DNA of 64,000 bases from Candidatus Obscuribacterales bacterium (GCA_965228855.1 CBDDIJ010000002.1:256001-320000); one strand, 5' to 3'. Positions 41,475 to 51,958 are shown, counted from the first letter of the stretch. Numbers and translations are program-made. Notes: generated by a model from the letters alone, not told the origin.

Positions 41475-42965
41475 ATGGATAACTCACCGAAACCAAAACA
41501 AACTTTCGCAGTTACAATCGACAATTGCGACAAAGAGCAAATTCACATCCCTGGCTCCGTTCAAAGCTTCGGCGCTCTTATCGCTTTTGACTCGCAACAT
41601 CTCATTACCAGGGTCAGTGAAAACATTGAAAGTTTGATTGGTCAGAAAGCGATCGACTTGCTCGGAAAGCCGCTCGGCTCAATTATGGAAGACGGCGAAA
41701 TTGCCAAACTCGAAAGCGTCGACAATGACACGTTCTTCAGTTGCGTCAGCCTTCAACTTAAGGCAGGCGGGCCAATGACGGCCGTAGCACATGCGACCAA
41801 CGGCGAAAGTTACATCGATATCGTGAGCGACCCGCTCTCTTCCAAAACGGATTTCTTTCCGGTCATGCGCGAGATGGCGTCCGAGTTCTCAGCCGCGGCA
41901 AACGAGCAGCAGCTCGCACAGATCATTGCCGACAAGGTGCGTTTTATTTCCGGGTTCGATCGCGTAAAAGTCTACAAATTCGATGCCGAATGGAACGGCG
42001 CCGTCATCGCCGAAGCCAGAAAGCAATCCATGCCATCTTATAAGGGATTGCATTTTCCTGCTTCCGACATTCCGAAACAGGCACGTGAACTCTACATACG
42101 AAACCGACTGCGAGTGATCGCCGATGTAAACGATCCTCAGTCGCCGCTCGTCGAACGAGCAGATCTCAAACCGCTCGACATGAGCTTCTCCTTTGTTCGC
42201 AGCGTATCGCCAATCCACCTGCAGTATCTGAGAAACATGGACGTAGCAGCTTCTATGTCGATCTCGCTGTTTGAACGAAACAAGTTTTGGGGACTGATAG
42301 CTTGCCACAATGAAAAACCGCGTGCATTCAATCTGCATGAAGCGACGCTGTTTTATTCACTATCCGAATTTTGTTCAAACCGGCTCAGCGACTTGTACAG
42401 GATAAATGCTGGAGAGCAGAAAGAGGCGTATCTTTCGATAATTCAAGATCTCGTTTCCAACTTCAACCGCAATCGCAGAATCGAGTCACTGATTCACGAT
42501 AAGCCATCCGTAGACGATTTGATAATCAGCACCGGGAATGCCGTCGTCCTCGGGAAATCGATAGTAAAGAAAAACGCTGCGCCGGACGATTCCACCCTAC
42601 ATGGGCTTATAGCCTGGCTTGAGCGCGGCGGCGAAGATGTCTTTGCTTGCGACGACCTGCCGTCGAGATACGGCGAATCAATCGGTTCATACGCTTGTGG
42701 GCTGCTCGCCGCCAAGATTCCAAACGTTCCGCGCTCCTGGATCTTGTGGTTTAAACTTGAAATCACCACCGAGGTCGAATGGGCGGGTGACCCGTTCAAA
42801 CCAACAGAAGACAGCCCTTTCGGCGCGCGACTTTATCCGCGAACGTCATTCGAACTCTGGAAAGAAAACCGCAAAGGTCATTCGTCACCCTGGCAGCCGT
42901 GGGAGCTCGAGGCGGCACACTTCCTCGCCAAGATGCTCGGTCCAATCGCCGCCGCCGACGCCTAG
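41475..42965 (+). CDS. Bacteriophytochrome photosensory module (PAS-GAF-PHY) with no output domain
   Basis: N-terminal NCDKEQIHIPGSVQ, FDRVKVYKF, PASDIPKQAR, RSVSPIHLQYLRNM, WGLIACH, WAGDP, PRTSFELW, PW. Confidence 0.92.
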   Translation: MDNSPKPKQTFAVTIDNCDKEQIHIPGSVQSFGALIAFDSQHLITRVSENIESLIGQKAIDLLGKPLGSIMEDGEIAKLESVDNDTFFSCVSLQLKAGGPMTAVAHATNGESYIDIVSDPLSSKTDFFPVMREMASEFSAAANEQQLAQIIADKVRFISGFDRVKVYKFDAEWNGAVIAEARKQSMPSYKGLHFPASDIPKQARELYIRNRLRVIADVNDPQSPLVERADLKPLDMSFSFVRSVSPIHLQYLRNMDVAASMSISLFERNKFWGLIACHNEKPRAFNLHEATLFYSLSEFCSNRLSDLYRINAGEQKEAYLSIIQDLVSNFNRNRRIESLIHDKPSVDDLIISTGNAVVLGKSIVKKNAAPDDSTLHGLIAWLERGGEDVFACDDLPSRYGESIGSYACGLLAAKIPNVPRSWILWFKLEITTEVEWAGDPFKPTEDSPFGARLYPRTSFELWKENRKGHSSPWQPWELEAAHFLAKMLGPIAAADA

Positions 42966-42981
42966 CACGTCTCAACGCTTC

Positions 42982-43043
42982 CTACTATGTCCTAAACCTG
43001 AACCTGGCTACCTGGCTTGAAGCTTTACCATGTTCTATAGTAG
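42982..43043. repeat. Site 7: inverted pair of box B with no twin-A
   Basis: CTACTATG at 42982 and TACCATGTTCTATAGTAG ending at 43043, between convergent genes. Confidence 0.75.
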
Positions 43044-43135
43044 CTGATCCTTGAAAAGGAACAGGACCGGCATGAGGCTCCGCGATTCAACCTTGATTGG
43101 TCGATGTCGCGAAGCCGCCCGGTTCCTGTTCTGTA

Positions 43136-43639
43136 TCACGAGTGCTGCATGACGAGAGCGTCACAACGCTTGCGCAGCGGCTTGTTCGCGTCGGAGTTGA
43201 AGTCGGCTCGCAGCTGGTGGATGCGTTGAATCGCGGACTTGTCGTCAGCACGAATCTCTTCCACCGAAACAATCGAACCAACCAACGCGACAAACGCCAC
43301 AGCTTTATTGACACCATCGATAGCACCATTCGAGATCATCAGTTTGTTTTTTTCTTCTTCGGTGCTGATGCCAAAGCACTTCACACCGTCCTTGGCGAAA
43401 CGCGCAACAACCGCCGGTCCCTCGATGGGATTCTCAGCGAATTGATCGATGGTGCCGTCTACCAGCGCGACATCGAAGTCGGTGGCGAGGGTGACATCGT
43501 TGTCGTCTACATCGACGGCTAGCAGCGTTTCGAGATTGCGAAAGCCGACCACGCATTGAACCTGGTGACCTTGCGCCTGCAACACTTCGGATAGACCTTT
43601 CGCGAGAGCGCGAAAGTCCTCGACTATTAGAACTTTCAT
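43136..43639 (-). CDS. Receiver (REC)-like domain protein
   Basis: MKVLIVEDF..., FDVALVDG, IST, VNK; GGAGG RBS. Confidence 0.8.
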   Translation of the reverse strand: MKVLIVEDFRALAKGLSEVLQAQGHQVQCVVGFRNLETLLAVDVDDNDVTLATDFDVALVDGTIDQFAENPIEGPAVVARFAKDGVKCFGISTEEEKNKLMISNGAIDGVNKAVAFVALVGSIVSVEEIRADDKSAIQRIHQLRADFNSDANKPLRKRCDALVMQHS

Positions 43640-44391
43640 GATTGCCTCCTTTTCCGGTTGCCCGGAATTAGAGGGACTACTCGTCGAAAACGGCGGGTAT
43701 CCCACTGGGTTTCGAGCTCAATCCACAAACACCGGACGGCGCTATCAAACACGGGGCAACGAGCCGGGTGCGTGATATCTAAATTAGTTGCGCAGAGATA
43801 GGTGTTTGTAAGTTCAGCTCAGGTTTGAATTGAAAACATGTGCAGCCCACCATAGACCTCTCGATCTCCTATGGCAATATCAAGATTAAACGGAGAAGTG
43901 TGATTAAGAAGTTCCGCGCACGACATTAGATCTATGTTTCGGGAACAGCTTGATGATTCGGGAAATTGAACTTGCAAATGTAGTGAACTAGCGCCGCTAG
44001 CGGACGATTGATCCAAAGTTCGCGCTATCAATGCAAACCGTTAACACCGGTTAATCTTCAAACTTAAACTGCGACACTCGAGAGCCTCCGACTTTTGAGT
44101 ACAAATATCAAAAGAGATTTTGCCGGAGAGGCAGTCATCATGGCACTTTTCGCACCAACGTCATCCGACGTTTTGATATTTCGAATTCGTTGATCTGGAT
44201 TGGACGCAGGACTATTCTTGGTTTATCTCTCTTCCGCACATTTTTCGAGCGTTATTTCCAGCCCAGCCAAACTTTGACAGACTTCCGGCTCTCCACTCGT
44301 CCCACCGAATCGGGATGGGTCTCACTGACGCTGTAAACGGTTTCAAACCAATCCAAACAAACCCCAAGACCATAGGGAGTAAGGTGATGCT

Positions 44392-44709
44392 ATGAACGCC
44401 ACATTCCACAAGATTCTGCGCAACGGCCCGCTGTTTCTCGACCAGAACGGCTGCTGGCACGTCAACCGCTCGTCCGAACTCGACCTTGAAGGCAAACTGC
44501 TCAACGGTCATCCGAGCGAATTCGGCTACCTGTCAGCCATCCGCGAAGTCGCTGATGTCGAGACCGAGGAAAGCTTCAACGGCACACGCGTCGAGTACAT
44601 CGGAATCGCCGAGATCGTCGAAAGCCTTGCCGATTTCGCTGACGCCGACTTCGCCGAACAGTACCGAGCGGTCGCCCGCCTGGTTCGCGAATACGCCAAC
44701 AATCTGTAA
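44392..44709 (+). CDS. Hypothetical protein
   Basis: AAGGTG RBS, GC3 bias, hairpin at 44752-44788 downstream. Confidence 0.75.
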   Translation: MNATFHKILRNGPLFLDQNGCWHVNRSSELDLEGKLLNGHPSEFGYLSAIREVADVETEESFNGTRVEYIGIAEIVESLADFADADFAEQYRAVARLVREYANNL

Positions 44710-44800
44710 GGAGACGAACTCAACGATGGAAACTGACGACAGCGAGCCAATGACAGAACCGTAGAAGCCCTGCTTTTACGGTTTTGTCCTCAACCTCCCC

Positions 44801-44950
44801 CTACTATATTCCAGCGTACTCCGCGACACCCCCAGATCCTTCTACAGCACGGCTCTCCGAGACTTACGCTTATGAAACCAACACCAGAAATTGCGATTTG
44901 GCTATCACTCGTTGCCGGATTGACAGAAATCCGGCAACGACTCATAGACA
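44801..44950. repeat. Composite site 8: box B, twin-A
   Basis: CTACTATATTCCAGCGTA at 44801; 52-bp element 44899-44950; offset 98. Confidence 0.85.
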
Positions 44951-44961
44951 AAACCAATGGG

Positions 44962-45195
44962 TCATGCCCGTTTCGTGAGACAGAGCAAACGGACACCCAC
45001 AAAGCGTGTGCATTCTATAACTGGCAAACAAAACATACAGAAGAGCACGCTAAGGCAAACCAAGAATCCGGCTACTGCCGCTAGACCGAAGAATGCCAAC
45101 GCGAATATGTTCATGAGCGCAGCACCACCACCGGAACAATAGGTGGCACCAAGAGCGGCGGAACAAACAATGAGAATAATGCCGGTTTTTGTCAT
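44962..45195 (-). CDS. Possible small membrane protein
   Basis: AGGA RBS; hydrophobic 77-aa ORF. Confidence 0.5.
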   Translation of the reverse strand: MTKTGIILIVCSAALGATYCSGGGAALMNIFALAFFGLAAVAGFLVCLSVLFCMFCLPVIECTRFVGVRLLCLTKRA

Positions 45196-45609
45196 GAATC
45201 CATCCTATCATCGCTTCGATTCCAGCACCAAACAGCGCCGACTGACGGCCTCGCCATAAGCCGAGCGCGTTGAAGCTATCGGCAGATCAACGAAAATGGT
45301 GACGAGTCTCAATTTCGATATTGGCTTATATCCGATGCGGCTTTCTCGCCATGAGCTTCACGCGGAATTAATGGTTAATTCGAATGCTTAAAACACTGTC
45401 AGACACTCTTTCTTATTGACTCACCGCCTTAAAGAAGTCAGGTTCAGATTATAAATCTTAGATTCTGTTTAAACCCAAAGAGCCTTAAACCAAGAACATC
45501 TCCGCTATCTCCAATTAGACACTCAGTGACAAGCGTCACTCTGATTTCTGTTTCCAGAACCTGAGTACATCAGCCGTTCGCTCATGTACTCCAAACCAGG
45601 GAGAAGACT

Positions 45610-46410
45610 ATGATTCAAATCTCCAGAATCGACGTTCGTCACGGACTGCTCACAAACAGCGGCGTTTGCATCGGACGCAACGTTGAACAGGTGGACATCG
45701 ATCTCACGACGGCACGGAGCGCAAAAGCCAGAGACCTGCTGGAACGCGGCGTCTCGCAAGCCCGGATGTACAACATCGACGCGTCACGCCGCTCCTTTTG
45801 CGACGCATCGGAAACTGCGCGTCGAGACAAAGACGGCTTCGTTGAAGCGGCAGCTGGAACGCTGCTCGCGCTGCAAGCCGACGGTATGACCAACACTTCA
45901 TCCCAGTCGTACTTCCTGCAACAGGCGCTCAAGGCGCTCGACTTCGAGATCTTCGGATGGTCGCAACAGTTTCTCGACGATGCCGCACCGCGCGACGTCT
46001 CCGCTCCGATCCTCCAGCCGCGCAACACTCTGCGCGAACTGATCGTTGACAATCTCGAGCAGTTTAACTTGCGGCAGGATAGCTTGCTGATCGCCGAAAC
46101 CCGGACCAACATCAACCGGCTCCTGGCGCAAGGAAACTGGCTGCAGGCTGGCAATGTCGCAAAAATCGGCATGGAGAACGCGACCGAGATGTTCGGCGAA
46201 AATCACTGGTGGGTTGCGGTGATGCTCGTGCGACGCGCGACGGCTCTGCTGCGGCAACAGCAAGCGAAGATGGCGCAGCCACTGGTCAAGCGGGCGGCTT
46301 ACATCTTCGCCGAATGGACAGACTTCACCGCGGGCGGTGGCGTCTTCAAACAAGAGTTGGACATTCTCACGACCGCCGAGAGCGACCTTCGGTTGTTCGC
46401 GGTTGGCTGA
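45610..46410 (+). CDS. Hypothetical helical protein with a TPR-like C-terminus
   Basis: GGGAG RBS; FGENHWWVA...RAAYIF resembles kinesin-light-chain-type TPR. Confidence 0.75.
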   Translation: MIQISRIDVRHGLLTNSGVCIGRNVEQVDIDLTTARSAKARDLLERGVSQARMYNIDASRRSFCDASETARRDKDGFVEAAAGTLLALQADGMTNTSSQSYFLQQALKALDFEIFGWSQQFLDDAAPRDVSAPILQPRNTLRELIVDNLEQFNLRQDSLLIAETRTNINRLLAQGNWLQAGNVAKIGMENATEMFGENHWWVAVMLVRRATALLRQQQAKMAQPLVKRAAYIFAEWTDFTAGGGVFKQELDILTTAESDLRLFAVG

Positions 46411-46474
46411 GAGAGCAGCGTTTTCACAACGCAATTTTTTTCTTCCACCACAACACTCTCGAAAGGTCACTACC

Positions 46475-47494
46475 ATGAAAATCGTTCACAAGCTGTTCGA
46501 CAGCAGCGCGACGAACCTCGTCGCTTTCGCCGAATCGGGCGAGGGTTTCACCGAACTCCGCAACCACGGCATGTTCGTGAGTGGAAGCTTCCTCGACGGC
46601 GACCGCTTCGAGGACTTCTTCGCGAAGCGCGCCGAAGGCGACTACGGCTTCTCGCACGTCGGCATGCGCAGCTACCTCACTGGCGTTGGCGACACGTCCG
46701 AGACTCGCAAGGAGCTGGAGGCGCTGTTCGTCGATATCCAGCGCAACTCGCTGCGCCGCGTGACGCGCGGGTGCAAGGAACAGGAAGCGCTCGAGATGCG
46801 CATCGACGGTTCCAGTGCGTCGTGCGTGCGCACCAGCAAGGACGGGCGCTACATCGCTATCGGCGACGGCGAGGGCGTCTTCGAGTTGTGGAACATGGAC
46901 GGCAAACCCTATCGGCTGATGGTTGCCGACCTCGGACACGGCGCCAGCATCAGCGATATCTGCTACAGTCGATCCAATCTCGACGTCCTGGTCGCCACCA
47001 CGAGCGGTGACCTGTGCCTGGTTGACACGGCGCGCAATGAGTCGGAACTGCTGCACTGCGAAAACCAGCTCCCGTTCTACAGCATCGACGGGCAGCACGA
47101 GGGCAACGGCTGGGTCTGCGGCGGCGACAGCGAGGTGCTCTGGTTCATCCAGACGAAGGGCGTCGGCATGGACAAAACGGTCCACGCTGAGGAAATCCCG
47201 TTCCGGCTGGAACGGCGCCAGATGTTCACCGGCGTGCCCTTCCACGTCGTCCCCGGCATGCTCAACAGCTGGGTGGGCTGCATCCGCACCGGTGTCGGCA
47301 GCTATATTCGCCGCGTCCGTTTCCTCACCGACGAGCTCGTCTGCGTGATGGGTCCGGAGGCTACCGAGGTCTGGAGCATCGAAGGGAAGGAACCGCAGGT
47401 GGTGGCGCGCAAGCGTCACGATTCCGATTGCCGCCTGCTCGGCTTCGGCGGCACGGAGGAGCTGGTGACGGTTTCCTTGGGGCGCCCGATGTGA
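46475..47494 (+). CDS. WD40/beta-propeller-like protein
   Basis: SKDGRYIAIGDGEGVFELWNM, ISDICYS...VLVATTSGDLCLVD repeats. Confidence 0.78.
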   Translation: MKIVHKLFDSSATNLVAFAESGEGFTELRNHGMFVSGSFLDGDRFEDFFAKRAEGDYGFSHVGMRSYLTGVGDTSETRKELEALFVDIQRNSLRRVTRGCKEQEALEMRIDGSSASCVRTSKDGRYIAIGDGEGVFELWNMDGKPYRLMVADLGHGASISDICYSRSNLDVLVATTSGDLCLVDTARNESELLHCENQLPFYSIDGQHEGNGWVCGGDSEVLWFIQTKGVGMDKTVHAEEIPFRLERRQMFTGVPFHVVPGMLNSWVGCIRTGVGSYIRRVRFLTDELVCVMGPEATEVWSIEGKEPQVVARKRHDSDCRLLGFGGTEELVTVSLGRPM

Positions 47495-47510
47495 TTGTTT
47501 GACCGACAGC

Positions 47511-47547
47511 CGCCGGGGAAGAAGCTTGGAATGCTTCTCCCCCGGCG
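47511..47547 (+). terminator. Terminator-like hairpin
   Basis: CGCCGGGGAAGAAGC / GCTTCTCCCCCGGCG. Confidence 0.7.
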
Positions 47548-47564
47548 CGCTTTCAAAACCCTCT

Positions 47565-47733
47565 CTACTATATTCCGGCGTATTGAAAACCCTCCTACTA
47601 TATTCCAGCGTATTCAAAAATCACGCAGAATCCCGACTCCAGCTGCATTTAACCAGCGGACCTCTAAACGTTGACCCGATTTGTCTACGCTACGATGCCG
47701 GAATTTCGAAAATCCGTCTACGCACCATAGACA
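47565..47733. repeat. Composite site 9: box B x2 (30-bp duplication), twin-A
   Basis: CTACTATATTCC(G/A)GCGTA at 47565 and 47595; 52-bp element 47682-47733; offset 87. Confidence 0.9.
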
Positions 47734-48087
47734 AACAAATACTCAAACATTCTTCAAGGAAGACGCGATAGCTCGCGCACGCCATTCGCTCTGGCGGGCA
47801 ACAACTGAAAGCCCGCCGGGAGCGCGAGCTGCTGGACATTTTGCCCAGTTGTAAAGAGATATTATTTGCAACACTGTTACATCCATAACAGTGATTCTGT
47901 TTTAGATCTAATGGCAAGTTGAGTTTATAACCAACAAAAAACTCTTTCAGCCAAGACTATCACCCACAAACCAATCGGCTGCAACTTAACTGGAAATCGC
48001 TTGAGCACCATCTGTGCTGCGGTTTCTGCTCGCCTGCGTTCACGCGGTGCGAATTCTTCTTACTCCAACGGAACGAAAGGTAAGACG

Positions 48088-48540
48088 ATGTTCCAATCGA
48101 AGAAAACCTTCCTCGCCGCCCGCCACACCAACTCGTTCGACCAGAACGCACAGCGCGCGCTCGGCTACCTCGCCAAGCTCAACACGCTGCAAGCCAACGC
48201 CTACGATCGCGGCGACGGCGCCGGATTCGACGCCTGCCTGCGCGCCAAGAACGCCGCCGTCGTCGCATTCGCAATCGCACACCGCGAGCGGCGCTACGGC
48301 TTCGCCACCGACATCATCGACACCATCGATGTCATCGCCCGCAACGTCGTCACCATCAACGCCGAGGAGGACTGCGGCACCATCGTCAGCGGTCTCGCCG
48401 ACGCGGTCGCCTACCTCACCGAGCGCCTCCCCGGCGTCTGCACCATCAGCGGCGGCGGCGTCGTCATCCTCCGCGGAGACCACGTCACCGCCGCGATGCG
48501 CGACATCGTCGCCCACAACGACAACCGCAAGGTCGCCTGA
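48088..48540 (+). CDS. Hypothetical protein
   Basis: AAGGT RBS, extreme GC3 bias. Confidence 0.78.
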   Translation: MFQSKKTFLAARHTNSFDQNAQRALGYLAKLNTLQANAYDRGDGAGFDACLRAKNAAVVAFAIAHRERRYGFATDIIDTIDVIARNVVTINAEEDCGTIVSGLADAVAYLTERLPGVCTISGGGVVILRGDHVTAAMRDIVAHNDNRKVA

Positions 48541-48756
48541 GCGACCTCCCCGATGAGAGGCGGTGCTTCCAGTGCCGCTTCTCGTCTGCGGTTCGGCATA
48601 TTCGAAACTGAGTTCCTCGTCCAGAACCTACTCACCCACCCATCCGGTTTCTGGTCCCAATTTGCTCCAGCGCATAAAACCGCTGGCGCTGCTCGATTTC
48701 GGAAATAGCTGAGCTGTAAAACATCAACCAACCCACAAACCCAAAGGAACTGAAAA

Positions 48757-49209
48757 ATGACCAAGACCACCCCTCCCACCGTCACCGAACTCCCCGCTGC
48801 GCTGCACATCCCCGTCAGCGTGCTGGCCCAGATGCCGGAGAAGCTCCGCCTCCTCGGTGTAACGATCCGCGCCTGCTCGAAGGTCGTCGGCGCCTCTCGC
48901 GACAAGTTCCGCGAGGGTCACGAGCCCGTTCGCGAAGCCTACAACGACGCCAACGGCACGGCCAACTGCATCGTCAACGCCATCGCCGAGCTCTCCGCTC
49001 AGGAATCGCCGGAAATGGCTCCGGTCATCAAGTCGGCGCGTGCGGCCCAAGCGCTCACGAGCTCCATCTACAAGGTCTGCGGCAACATCCACAACGATGA
49101 CTGCTTCAAGACCACGTTCGGAGACGTCGCTACGGTGAACGCCACGGTCAACGCTCTCGGCGCCTGCGGCGACGAGATTCGCGAAACGCTTCGCAAGTTC
49201 GGCTACTGA
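48757..49209 (+). CDS. Hypothetical helical protein
   Basis: AAGGA RBS, GC3 bias, hairpin at 49216-49249 downstream. Confidence 0.78.
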   Translation: MTKTTPPTVTELPAALHIPVSVLAQMPEKLRLLGVTIRACSKVVGASRDKFREGHEPVREAYNDANGTANCIVNAIAELSAQESPEMAPVIKSARAAQALTSSIYKVCGNIHNDDCFKTTFGDVATVNATVNALGACGDEIRETLRKFGY

Positions 49210-49267
49210 GCTGACGGTGGGAAGAGGGCGCATGCGCCCTCTTCTCACCAAACTCTTCGAACCCCGC

Positions 49268-49857
49268 CTACTATGTCATCTAATGATTCCCTGGACCGTC
49301 CCAGCCCAGGCCTGTTAGGTTTCCAGGATCAGCGCTAATTCAGCCCTCCATTTTGTCTATCGTAGAATGCCGGATTTCGCGAAAAGCGGCATTCCAGGAG
49401 CGACAAATCGCCATTCAAGGCATCCACTGACATCAACAGCCAAGGTCAAACAAGTACGCCTGTATGGCTTTGGGGGCTCCTCAAAGTACTTCCTTCTATA
49501 GTAAATAGGGGACTGATTCAGCCCTCCATTTTGTCTATCGTAGAATGCCGGATTTCGCGAAAAGCGGCATTCCAGCAGCGACAAATCGCCTTTCAAGGCA
49601 TCCACTGACATCAACGACAAAGGTCAAATAAGTGCGCCTGTAAGGCATTTCGGACTTCTCCAAAATACTGCCTTTTATAGTAGACAAGGACATTCAGCAC
49701 TCCATTTTGTCTATCGTAGAATGCCGGATTTCGCGAAAAGCGGCATTCCAGGAGCGACAAATCGCCATTCGAGCATCCACTGACATCAACAGCCAAGGTC
49801 AAACAAGTACGCCTGTAAGGCATTTCGGATTTGACGAGATACTCTCTTCTATAGTAG
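49268..49857. repeat. Composite site 10: box B followed by three tandem 176-178 bp units, each twin-A plus inverted box B
   Basis: CTACTATG at 49268; units start at 49338, 49516, 49692; twin-A at 49354, 49532, 49708; TATAGTA(A/G) ending at 49504, 49683, 49857. Confidence 0.92.
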
Positions 49858-49871
49858 CAAAATTTTAGAAA

Positions 49872-49899
49872 GAGCGCAGACCGGGGGGGGTCTGCGCTC
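49872..49899 (-). terminator. Terminator hairpin
   Basis: GAGCGCAGACC / GGTCTGCGCTC just past the stop at 49915. Confidence 0.75.
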
Positions 49900-49914
49900 A
49901 GGAAAAAACGTCGG

Positions 49915-50499
49915 TCAGCGGCGCTTGCCGGACTGCTCCTTCGCCTTCATGAACTTGTACATCCGTTCCCAGTTCGCGAGGAAGAGCTTCGCTCGCGACT
50001 CTGATTTGATGAAATCCATCTCGTTGGCCTGTTTGCTTGCGGAGTTGGAGAGGTTCCAACTACCGCTGTAGGTCCACAGACCATCGATAACGGTGTACTT
50101 GTGGTGCATGATCTGTCCGTATGATTCGGACTTGCCGATCACCACCTCGATGCCCGCCGCTCGCAGTTTTTCCACCTGCTCCTTAGCGTCGGGTCCACCG
50201 CTCTGCGACTGGTCCAACAACACTCGGACAGTGACGCCGCGAGTTTCCTTCAGCCATATCAACTTGGCGGTGATGTCGTCATGGGTCAGCGAGTACGCTG
50301 CCATGTTGACCGACTTCTGAGCCTTGTCGAGAAACTTCAGGTAGGCGTCGATGCCGTTGTCGTAGGGCGTAAACAGCGTCTCGATATAGTCCTGCGGGTC
50401 GACACCATCGCGCGGCATCTGATACCCGTAGTACGTGCCAGCACCAAAGGTGGTGGCAAGCAAGGCGAGGCTTAGTAAGATGTTTCTCAGCATCTTCAT
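49915..50499 (-). CDS. Exported phospholipase D / Nuc-like single-HKD protein
   Basis: MHHKYTVIDG...SGSWN HKD motif; N-terminal signal/TM. Confidence 0.9.
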   Translation of the reverse strand: MKMLRNILLSLALLATTFGAGTYYGYQMPRDGVDPQDYIETLFTPYDNGIDAYLKFLDKAQKSVNMAAYSLTHDDITAKLIWLKETRGVTVRVLLDQSQSGGPDAKEQVEKLRAAGIEVVIGKSESYGQIMHHKYTVIDGLWTYSGSWNLSNSASKQANEMDFIKSESRAKLFLANWERMYKFMKAKEQSGKRR

Positions 50500-50587
50500 G
50501 GAAGAAGTCTTTCGAAGTTGGAGCGTTTTCGCTCTCAGTAATTGAAAGACGGGGAGACAGACAGCGCCTGCCTCCCCGTAAAGAAAC

Positions 50588-51958
50588 TTACTTCGCCGCC
50601 ATCAGCGCTTCGATGTCGGCGACGGTTTTCGGCACACCGGCAGTGATGACTTCACAGCCGTCCGCGGTGATCACCACATCGTCCTCGATGCGGATGCCAA
50701 TGCCGCGATAGCGCTTGGGAACGAGCTTGTCGTCCTTCGGCAAGTAGAGACCCGGCTCCACCGTGATCACCATCCCTGGTGCCAGGGGGAGAGCCTTGCC
50801 CTCTTTCTTCTCGACGCCACAAACGTCGTGCACGTCGAGACCGAGCCAGTGACTCGTCCCGTGCATGAACCAGCGCGCGGTGTGAGCCAGACTCTTCTCC
50901 GTGCCGCGCGATTCCGCCGAGGCCACGGCTTTGTCGTGGGCGCTCTTCTTGAGCATCTTCTTGGGCAGGATGCCCAACTCGACGAGACCGCGACGAAGCG
51001 CGTTGTCGGCAGCCGCGTGCACCTTGTTGATGGAAGCACCCGGCTTTGCAGCGCGAATGGCAGCCAGCTGAGCGGCAAGAACCACATCGTAGACTTCACG
51101 CTGAGCATCACTGAACTTGCCGTTGACCGGATAGGTTCGGGTGATGTCTGCCGCGTAACCGCAGTACTCGAGACCGGCGTCGACGAGCAGCAAGTCGCCA
51201 TCCGCGAGCGCTTCCGCGTTGGTGTTGTAGTGGAGAATCACCGCATTGTTTCCGCCGGCGGCGATGGTGTTGTAAGCGCGCTCGGGAGCGCCCTTCGCCG
51301 CACCGTAGCCTTCGATGATGCCCTGAATGGCATACTCGAACATGCCCGGACTGACCTGCCGCATCGCCTCGCAGTGCGCCTGCGCCGAGATTTCGGCGAC
51401 ATGACGCATGAGGTCGAGTTCGACCGGTTCCTTCACATGCCGCATGGCATGCAGGATGTCCTCCGGGTTATGCAGCGACGCCTGACGAACCAGCCAGAGC
51501 GCGCGGAACTTCTCGTCGATCTTCGGGTTCCGGTTGAAGCGGTAGAAGACGTCGTTGACGCCCTCCAGCAGCTCCTCCATCACCGAAGAGAAATCGTCGA
51601 CACTGTGCGCTTCGTGACAGTCGAAGTTCGCCCTGGCACCGGCGGTGCCCAGACGGCGTCCCGTCCAGGTTTCACGCTCGGCGTCCTTGGGACGCACGAA
51701 CATGATGAAACGGTTTTGCCCCTTCGACTTCTTGAACACGAGCACCGCACCCGGCTCCGAAAAACCGCTCAGGTAGAGGATGTCGGACGACGGACGGTAG
51801 GTGTACTCGGTGTCGTTACTGCGAGTCATCTCGGGATTGCCGACGATGATCGCAACGGAATCAACCGGAAGGCGATTGAAAAACTCTTTTCGCCGCCCGG
51901 CGAAGAACGAGCGCGCCAAGCGGGGTGCGCTCGCCTTCGGGGTAGTTGTTTTTGCCAT
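50588..51958 (-). CDS. pepP: Xaa-Pro aminopeptidase (M24B)
   Basis: LHY, DAG..YAADITRTYPVNGKFS, HGTSHWLGLDVHD, TVEPGLY, GIRIEDD. Confidence 0.95.
   Translation of the reverse strand: MAKTTTPKASAPRLARSFFAGRRKEFFNRLPVDSVAIIVGNPEMTRSNDTEYTYRPSSDILYLSGFSEPGAVLVFKKSKGQNRFIMFVRPKDAERETWTGRRLGTAGARANFDCHEAHSVDDFSSVMEELLEGVNDVFYRFNRNPKIDEKFRALWLVRQASLHNPEDILHAMRHVKEPVELDLMRHVAEISAQAHCEAMRQVSPGMFEYAIQGIIEGYGAAKGAPERAYNTIAAGGNNAVILHYNTNAEALADGDLLLVDAGLEYCGYAADITRTYPVNGKFSDAQREVYDVVLAAQLAAIRAAKPGASINKVHAAADNALRRGLVELGILPKKMLKKSAHDKAVASAESRGTEKSLAHTARWFMHGTSHWLGLDVHDVCGVEKKEGKALPLAPGMVITVEPGLYLPKDDKLVPKRYRGIGIRIEDDVVITADGCEVITAGVPKTVADIEALMAAK

Noticed and set aside
49338..49857. CRISPR array (also considered at 3217-3537 and 62131-62369)
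   Set aside because: Units are 93-178 bp near-identical tandem copies without unique 25-45 bp spacers; no cas genes in the window.
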